A stretch of 64,000 nucleotides of DNA. Origin: an uncultured Thermoplasmata archaeon. GTDB taxonomy: Archaea; Thermoplasmatota; Thermoplasmata; RBG-16-68-12. The translations under genes were made by a program, and so were the position numbers. The stretch is from the NCBI GenBank assembly GCA_963768855.1, contig CAVYJM010000006.1, forward strand, positions 224,001-288,000, in the 5' to 3' direction. Position 1 is the first letter of the stretch. Each line of letters begins with the position of its first letter. Under the pieces are notes generated by a model. It had not been told where the DNA came from, ran no database searches, and saw only the letters and a program-made list of their open reading frames with translations. This document shows positions 56,633-64,000 of the stretch, piece after piece.

Positions 56633-59600
56633 CTACCAGCCCGCCACGGTCCACACGGTCGTCGCCGCGACCCGCACCCAGTACCCGTCCCCCGCCACGA
56701 TGGGCGTGGCATTGGACAGGATCTGCGTGTGGTACGGGTCGTTCGGATCGAAGCCGACGACGAGGTCCGCGCCCGTCGCGGCCTTCAGGGACCCGACCGT
56801 CAGATTGCCCAGGAACCCGGGCAGCGCCACGAGGTTCCATCCCGCGCAGAGCCTCAGGTGAACCTGCGCCTGCGCGATCCCGAGGACGAGCAACCTTCCG
56901 GAGGCCGTCGCATTGAACCAGAACCCGCGGCCCGCGGACAGGGTGAGGGGCGGCGCCGCGCCCGCGCTCGCGTTCGTCCACCCGAAACCGCCGGAGCAGC
57001 CGTCGTACGTCCACGCCTGGGACCACGGCAGGCTGCCGGCCATCGACGAGAGGGAGAGCGTGCCCGGGTCCACGGACATCCCCTTGAGGTTGAGGCCCGG
57101 AGCGACGGTGAGCCAGGTCTTGGCAGCGACCGCCGGACTCATCTCCGAGTTGTTCGCCGCGTCGATTGTCTCGATCCGATAGAACGCGGCGGCGGGATCG
57201 CCCGCGCCGCGTCCCGGATCCACGAAGCTGTAGCTCAGGGCGCCGGTCGCGGTCAGGTTGCCGCTCACCAGGGCGTACGGTCCCGCACGCGCCCGGAGCG
57301 CGCCACACCCGGTAGCGCGCCGTGCCTCCGTACAGGCTGTCGTCCCATGCCCTCCGCCACGAGACCTGGAGGTCCGCGTTGGCGTTCGTCAGGCTCATGG
57401 AGGAGAGGACGGCCGGCGCGGGCACGACGACATCTGGCCCGGTGTCGATAACGACGAAACAGGTCGTGTTGAATGGCCCCCAGTTCCCCGCCGCGTCTTC
57501 GGCGTGCACCCACGTGCACGTGGACCCCGGGGCGACCGCGAACCCGCCTGTGAACGTGAGGTTCTCCACGGCAGCATCGAACCTCCCGTCCGCGGCGTCC
57601 AGCGGGACGCCGGTGCCGTTCGCGGCGATCGGCAGGGCCGCGGACCAGAAGAGCTCGGCCGCGGCAATCGGACTGCCTCCCGAGCGGGTGTCGTCCGCGG
57701 TCGCGTTCATCCGGGCGAGCGCCGCCGCTCCGGGCGGGGACGGGCTGAAGCGCACCGCGCCCGCATGGATCACAGGACCGAGCGTGTCCCCTCCGGTCCG
57801 GTTAATCGCGAACGTGCGGTTGCCGATTGACTGGCCCGTCAGGCTCGGGGTCCCGTTGTCCGCCGCAAGGATGCGGATCCGGTACGCATCCCCGTTCAGG
57901 ACTCCGGTCAGGGTCCAGTTCACCTCTCGGACGTTGCCCGCGACGGTCGAGAGGGGGACCCACGTCTGCCCATCGTCCGGACTGTAGGAGAGGGCGAAGA
58001 AGGCGAGGCCGACCCCCGGCCCGTGGACCATGGCCGTCCAGGTGATCGGGAGGGAGGTGCCCGTATAGACGCCGCCCGCGGGGAGGACGAGGGCCACGGA
58101 GGGGTGCTCGCGGTCCAGCGTGGCCGTCGACACGCCCACGAGCCATCGCAGGGCGTTGTCGAGGATTCCCGCCCGCGTGGAGCTCCCCGGCCGCAGGTCC
58201 GTCGCGTTCGTGTCGACGCTCGTGATCTCGAAGGCGGAATACTCGAGCCGGGACGGGACGCCGCCCCAGGTCCCCACGCCCGCGGTCCCATTGTTCGCGG
58301 AGGACACCCATCGCAGCCCGACGGGCGCACCGCCGGTGCACCCGGTGACGCCGCCGTCGCGCCACGCGATGCTCGTCGCGCCCCCGGCCCCGTACGTCGC
58401 GAGCTCGTCGTCCGCTCCGCCGGTCCGGTGGGGCGTGTAGGGGACACCTGAGCTGTACGGGCCGCTGACCGGATCGCCCGAGACCCCGGCGACCTGGGCG
58501 ATCGCGGAGGGATCGCAGGCGAAGCCTGCCTTCAGGACCCCGCGGAGCCACGCCGTGTTCGTCGCGTTGTACCAGGGGGAGGTCGTGCTCCCGAGGGACC
58601 ACGACGTGTCATGGGAGAAGACAAGGAGCCGGCCTCCGCCGTCCAGGTAGGCCTTCACGAGCGCTTGCGCGGCCGGGCTGAAGGTCGGATACTCCTCGAG
58701 GCCGACCTGCCAGACGACGGCCTTCCGCGCCTGGAGGACGGAGAGCGGCGGGAGGCCCAGGTCCGAGACGGGCCACGGTGACCACGTCCAACCCGTCCCT
58801 TCGAACGCGGCTGCGTAGGACGCCTCCCGCGCTGCCGGGAACGTGTCGTCTCCGAGGACGAGGAGGACGTCTCCCCAGGGGGGCGTGCGGAAGGCATAGT
58901 GCAGACCCCCGTTCGTGTCTCGGGTCAGGTGGCCGAGCTGGTCTTTCGACAGGACGTCGTACTCGTAGAGGGTGTCTGCCTGGAGTCCCTGGAGGACAAG
59001 GGCGTGCGAGGTCCGCAGGAGCGTCTCGTTCACGGCGCTCGTCAATCCTCCCCCGACGGGGCCGTACGCGATTTCGGAGTCCGCCGAGAGGTCCGTGGAC
59101 CATCGGATCTCCGCGGAGGTCGCTTGGATCTGGTCCGCGATCACGCCCGAGACGGCGGGGAAGGTCGTGCGGACGGTCGCCGTGGCGACCGCGCTGTGGA
59201 CGGGCGACGGGTCCGCGTACGTGGCGGTGATCGTGTCCCCATCCCGGACCTCGAGGACGCCGTCCGCCGCCGGCTGCCCGAAAGCCGTCGCGATGAACCC
59301 GGTCCACGGGGCGCCCACGGCGGCCCTCGTCAGGGTCACGGTCTCGCCCGCGGGCTCGAGGCCCGAGGCGACGAGGACGGAGACCGCGGTCGCGTTCGCG
59401 TCCTCGACGCGGAGGCGCACCGTGTCGGCCTCGCCGTAGGTCGCCTTGTCGAGGCTCACACGGCCGTAGTTCGGGTCGAGGCCACCCGTGGCGACGAGGG
59501 CGAACGGCTGCGGGCCCACCGGCACGTTGGCGCCGATCACGGTGACCTTCCAGTCGCCTGCGGCGGGGGACTTCAGGAGGACCGCCTCCTCCGTGTTCGC

Positions 59601-61933
59601 CGTGTCGAAGACGCCCCCCGCGAGGGACTGGCCCTGCGCGAAGGGTCCGAAGTTGTTCCCGCGGTATACGGTCCCGTTCGGCGCCGTCACCTGGAGGTCG
59701 AGGTCGTTCACGAGGGCCTTCGACGCGCCGAGGGTCCCGGGGTAGTCCGTCCAGGTCAGCACGAACCGTGCGGTAGCCGCGCCCGGGACGACATGGAAGG
59801 TGTACGTCATCGCCCCGCCGGTGACGAGGCCCGCGCCATTGTCGACGACTTGCGAGTCGAACGCGTCCCCGGGAAGCGGGAGGATCTTGGACAGGAGGAT
59901 TCGGCCGAACCCCTGCTGGTTGTTCGGCCACGTCGCGGCGGACGCGCCCGCGCCCGTGAGTTGCTGCCCCGAGGCAAGGAGCATCGCCCGCATCAGGGCC
60001 GCGCTCGGGTCGAAGGCGTCCGATGCGACCGGGGCGCGCGATGGGTACCAGCCTTGGGTGAAGTACTGGCGGATGATCGCCGCAGCCGCCGCCGCGGCCG
60101 GCGTGGCATAACTCGTGCCCGCCCATCCGTGGTCGCCCGGCAGGGCGCAGGTGGCGATGTTCGCGCAGTCGTACGGGCTCCCGCTCGAGGTTGCTGAGAA
60201 TCCGTCCGCGGTCGCGAGGATGTCGGGTTTCAGCCGGCCGTCCTGGGTAGGACCGCGGCTGCTGAACGTCGCCACGTCGTTCTGGTTCCCGGAGCCCGCC
60301 GAGCCCGCGCACTGGGCGTACGCCCCGTCGGGGTTGCACGCGCCGCCCACCGCGACGACGTCCTTTGCGTTCCCCGGCGAGTCGATCGAGCTCGCCGCGG
60401 GCCCCGCGTTCCCGGCGGCGAAGAACATCGTGAAGTCGGGGTGGGCCCAGACGAAGGCGTCGACCATCCGCGCCTGCACGTCGTACGCCGTCTGCGCGGA
60501 CCCCCAGCTGTCGCTCTGGATCCGTACGGGCGCCAGGGGATCATTGTAGCCCAGTCCGGCGGGTCCGAAGAGATCTGCATAGTCCTGAGGGACGTAGAGG
60601 AGCGTCTCCCCGCCGCTCGAGCACGTATTCCCGGCGGCCAGTCCTCCGATGTCCTGGAAGTAGATCGACGCGGCGAGCGCGTTCCCGTTGTTCAGGTCGC
60701 CCGTGATGCCGTACGCGTTCCCGGCGAGCGTGGATGCAACGGCCGTCCCGTGGCCGTCCGCCGCCCCGTCATACGCGCAGTCCATGATCGAGTACGGATC
60801 CCAGGGGCCGCCCCCTCCGGGCCAGGCAAGCTGCCCGGTCAGGACGCCCATGTCCAGGTACCGCACGACCTTTCGCCGCGCGGGGTCCGTCGTGTTGAAC
60901 AGGTCCCCGGAGACAATCTGGGAGCCGCGTTCGCGGAACTGGGCGTTGTCGTAGTCGAGGCCCGTGTCCGCGATGCCGATGACCTGGCCCGTGCCGTTCA
61001 GGTTCGCGTTCCAGTACCGGAAGCTCCCGCTGACGTTCGTCTGGAGGACCCAGTCCGTCGCGTAGTTCTGCGTGTGAATCGGCAGGACGGGATCGATATA
61101 CTGGACCTCGGGCAGAGCCGCGATGGCGGGGATCAGCGTAGCAGGTACCCGCGCGCGGACCCACTCGAAGTCCCCCTGCCCGAAGGCGCCCGCGATCCCG
61201 GGGGCGGTCGGGTCGAGCCCTCCGGCGGGCACCCCCTGCCGCGCGAGCCACGCGATGACCGCGTTCACGGGTTCTCCGGGGACCACGACGATCCGAAGAT
61301 CCTGGATCCCGCTCGCCGAGGCGAGCGCCGGCGGAGTCTTCCAGGATGGTTCGTACGTTCCGGTCCAGTCCACATACGGGAGGGATGCGAGCCCCGAGAC
61401 TGCGGCGGGCGTCCCCCGGACGAGCAGTGCGTCGTTCGGGATGTACAGAAGGATCTGAAGGCCCCGTCCCTCGAGCGTGGCCTGCCACGCGTCTTTGATC
61501 GGAGCGTGGAAGTGCACCAGACCGACAGCCTCCCCGCTCCCGTCCGTCGGCCACGAGCCGCCGTCGGCGACCGCGAGCGTGCGCACATCGAGGTCGCCGT
61601 TCACGAGATGGAGGAAGGGAGCCGCGGGCATCGGGACCGCATACCAGCCCGAGGCGGTCAGCCGATCCAGGGACGAGGGCGGGCCGCGGGCCACGGAGAA
61701 CGCGCCGTAGCCCTCGAGGATCTGGGCTCCCGCCGCGGCGGTTTCCTGGGTCGACGCGTCGGTGCGGAACGTGACCCAGTCGGAGGAGATCGGGGCCGGT
61801 CCGGGTCCCACGGGTTGCGGGAGCCAAGACGGGAGCTGGAGGACCAGGACGAAGGCGAGGAGGACGACCGCCGCGATACGCCACCAGCGAAGGGCCGTGC
61901 TGCCTTTCCTCCTCGGTGGACCGAAGGCCGCAT
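56633..61933 (-). CDS. Secreted multidomain S8 protease (KP-43-like) with FN3, GATase-like and Ig domains; apparent frameshifts near 61900 and 57290
   Basis: IGIADTGLD (Asp), DGHGTAVASTLAG (His), FAAGNAG, DGRLKPDI, AGTSYATP (Ser), LTWTDYP...VNDLDL jelly-roll. The signal peptide RWWRIAAVVLLAFVLVL is in frame upstream of 61811 but has no in-frame start codon (ATG 61933 is one frame off). The C-terminus continues in ORF 56633..57268. Confidence 0.85.
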
Positions 61934-62025
61934 CGAAGCCTCGGTTCCGGGGAGGTAAGATGCGGGGCTCGCCACATTAGGCTTTTGGCCCGAATCCGGA
62001 CACGCGTCGCGGTCGCGAGGAGCGT

Positions 62026-62751
62026 TCACTCCGCGATGATCCGCGTGGCCTGCAGGATCCCGTTCTGGAAAATGAGCGTGTAGTAGTTCGGCGAGTGGTT
62101 CGTGCCGCGCATCTTCACGCACCGGATGCGGCGCTGGATGTTCGCGTCGTCCACGCGCTCCATCTTCAGGTGGATGATCGCGTCGCTCAGGAACTCCTCG
62201 CCGTTCTTGCCGAAATCCTCGCTGCCCGGCTTCATCTCGGAGATCAGGATCGTCGTGGCCTTGAGGTCCCGCAGCCACTCGAAGAGCTGGAACAGATCCT
62301 CCCGCGGGTTCTCGAAGCGCGCCATGACCTCGAGCACGGGGAGCGAGTCGACGACGAGGAGGTCGTAGTTCAGGGAGCGCTTCAGGTTCGACGCATACAT
62401 CTTGAAGATGTCGATCCACGTCCGCTGCGCCATGCCGTCCAGGTTGCGGCGGATCATCCCGAGGTCGACGATGCTGACCTTGTTCTCCACGTCCTTCGGG
62501 CTCAGGCTCATGCTGACAAGGTGACGCGTGAGGTTCTCCCGCCCCTGCTCCAGGGAGATGTACGTGCCCGTGCGCCCCTCCCGAAGCGCGTTCTGGTAGA
62601 GCACGTTGAACGCGATCGTGGACTTCATCGTCCCCGGTTCCCCCGCGAGCAGGACGACGCTGCCTGGAGGAATGCCGCCGCTGAGCTTCTCATCAAAACC
62701 GTGAATGAAGGTGCGGATGCGGTCTTCTTGCCCCATCGTGGGGCGTTCCAT
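62026..62751 (-). CDS. Single-domain KaiC/RAD55-family ATPase
   Basis: GFDEKLSGGIP, GEPGTMKS, YISLEQ, LLVVDSL, EEFLSDAII, VKMRGTNH. Confidence 0.9.
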   Translation of the reverse strand: MERPTMGQEDRIRTFIHGFDEKLSGGIPPGSVVLLAGEPGTMKSTIAFNVLYQNALREGRTGTYISLEQGRENLTRHLVSMSLSPKDVENKVSIVDLGMIRRNLDGMAQRTWIDIFKMYASNLKRSLNYDLLVVDSLPVLEVMARFENPREDLFQLFEWLRDLKATTILISEMKPGSEDFGKNGEEFLSDAIIHLKMERVDDANIQRRIRCVKMRGTNHSPNYYTLIFQNGILQATRIIAE

Positions 62752-62983
62752 CCGAAGGACGGCCTATAGCCGTTCCGAGACGGTTATCAGGGCCGATAGC
62801 CGCGCCTGCCCCATCCCTTCGAAAAATAAGGGGGAGTGATCGGTAAGGTGACGGGTGGAGGACGGTCCTGGGTGATATGAGCCTTCCTGAACTCGGTCTG
62901 TAAGCAACCTTTCCTCTGGAAGCGGGGGTGAAACGTTTATTTGTTATCCGGTCTGTTACCAGGGCCGCGGGGGAACCTTCTTC

Positions 62984-63568
62984 TTGTTCGTACCTGAGAG
63001 GAACCTGAAGGACCTCATCGTCTCCTACATCCGCGACAAGGAGCGGTCGATCAGCGGGCTCACGAAGCAACTGGAGGCGGACGGCTACAGCTTCCACCGG
63101 CTCTTCGTGACCGGGTACCTCAAGGCCCTCGCCGACGTCGGGATGCTGAAGGAAAAGGAGATCCCTCCCGCCAAGGTGTACACGGCCTCCGCCCACCGGG
63201 AGGCGAACCTCTATGAGATGGTCGGTGAGCGGTGCCGGGAGGCGGCCTCGGACGAGATGGCCCAAACCCGCCTCGCGGTCGCCGCCCTCCAGCGCCTCTT
63301 CCGTCGGCCCGTCTTCCTGCGGGAGCTGCGGGAGTGCGGCTTCGCAGGGGCCGTGGACGCACCCGCCGTCGCGAAGGAGGAACGGGAGGAGGCGCGTCGT
63401 GCGCTCGCGAAGCTCGGTCTCCAGATTCCGACGAACGAGCCCGCCTACCGCGTCGAGGAGCGGCGGAATGACCTGCGGGACGCGATCCTGTGCGACATCA
63501 TCGTGGAGCGCTTCGGGCTGACGACCCTCGTCCTCGACACGAAGCAGATGAAGCTGATGGAGCGCTGA
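62984..63568 (+). CDS. Hypothetical protein with N-terminal wHTH
   Basis: SISGLTKQL...HRLFVTGYLKAL..GML...PAKVY; TTG start about 45 bp after the TTTATTT box. Confidence 0.75.
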   Translation: MFVPERNLKDLIVSYIRDKERSISGLTKQLEADGYSFHRLFVTGYLKALADVGMLKEKEIPPAKVYTASAHREANLYEMVGERCREAASDEMAQTRLAVAALQRLFRRPVFLRELRECGFAGAVDAPAVAKEEREEARRALAKLGLQIPTNEPAYRVEERRNDLRDAILCDIIVERFGLTTLVLDTKQMKLMER

Positions 63569-63573
63569 GGGGA

Positions 63574-63884
63574 GCTAGGCCATCGGGGTGGACGCTCAGC
63601 TCTAACGCTGGTGGATCCGGGTGCCTCCTCGGTCCTGCGACCCCGCGAGCGTTGGTAGTCCGCGGTTAGGCTGCTCACTTCCGTGCCTGACCCGTTCCCC
63701 ACGGTCAGGATAAGGGACGCAACTCTCCAGCTGCGTTCCCTACCGCCTCCAGCCCCGCGGGACAGAGCCTCAACGTCGGCATCCGGACCAGCGCCAGACT
63801 GGGAGCGCCGCCCCCGACTGTCACCGCCCCATGAGGACGATTTGGGTCTAAAAGGAGACGCCCGGCCTCCCGGTCAAGCCTAGC
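63574..63884 (-). ncRNA. ffs: Archaeal signal recognition particle (7S) RNA
   Basis: Helix-8 motif GTCAGGCACGGAAGTGAGCAGCC (63669-63691 reverse complement); 5' GCTAGGC pairs with 3' GCCTAGC (helix 1); length 311 nt; TATA box 25 bp upstream. Confidence 0.93.
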
Positions 63885-63908
63885 GGGAAAGCCCAACCGA
63901 GGCCATCC

Positions 63909-63915
63909 TATTTAA
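63909..63915 (-). promoter_or_regulatory. TATA box of SRP RNA
   Basis: Minus strand TTAAATA 25 bp before the predicted 5' end. Confidence 0.75.
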
Positions 63916-64000
63916 CGATTCTCGGACGGTCGTCGGCCAGCTCCGCAGGGGCGGGCGGAGCACGGGTCGTCGGGGCCGTCTCAAGCGCGGCGGCGCGGGA

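Noticed and set aside
56133-57290. C-terminal ~380 aa of the listed 1892-aa ORF
   Set aside because: Out-of-frame read-through after the ~57290 shift; it overlaps the FmdE gene, and the real C-terminus is ORF 56633..57268.

Overview
Archaeal chromosomal window of about 68-70% GC. Marker genes (MCM, RadB, archease, NMD3, DUF424, Dph2, uL16/L10e, IPK/IDI-2, SRP RNA) are archaeal; a Thermoplasmatota-like host is inferred, not proven. The most striking locus is 27.7-30.7 kb: an actinobacterial-type ARC/Mpa AAA ATPase, a PafA/Dop-family enzyme, and an unannotated 58-aa Pup/UBact-like protein whose ...RYRASKGE motif is capped by a GGDRRA extension. It is followed immediately by an M16 peptidase heterodimer, so it is a candidate archaeal pupylation-like system with a pro-form modifier. 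The left 14 kb holds a giant (>3,800 aa, frameshifted) beta-helical surface protein. Its transmembrane helix continues into a cytoplasmic longin-like plus coiled-coil region that is shared with two soluble paralogs encoded just upstream. Features missing from the ORF track that were read directly: two micropeptides divergent from an ArsR regulator, a stand-alone NrdJ-like Zn ribbon, ORB-like boxes in front of mcm, and the SRP RNA. The rest is housekeeping (mevalonate/isoprenoid, preQ0, diphthamide, ribosome biogenesis) plus two large S8 proteases. Several frameshifts look like long-read deletion errors. No CRISPR array, tRNA, rRNA or transposase was seen. No database searches were run; all family calls come from recognised motifs.
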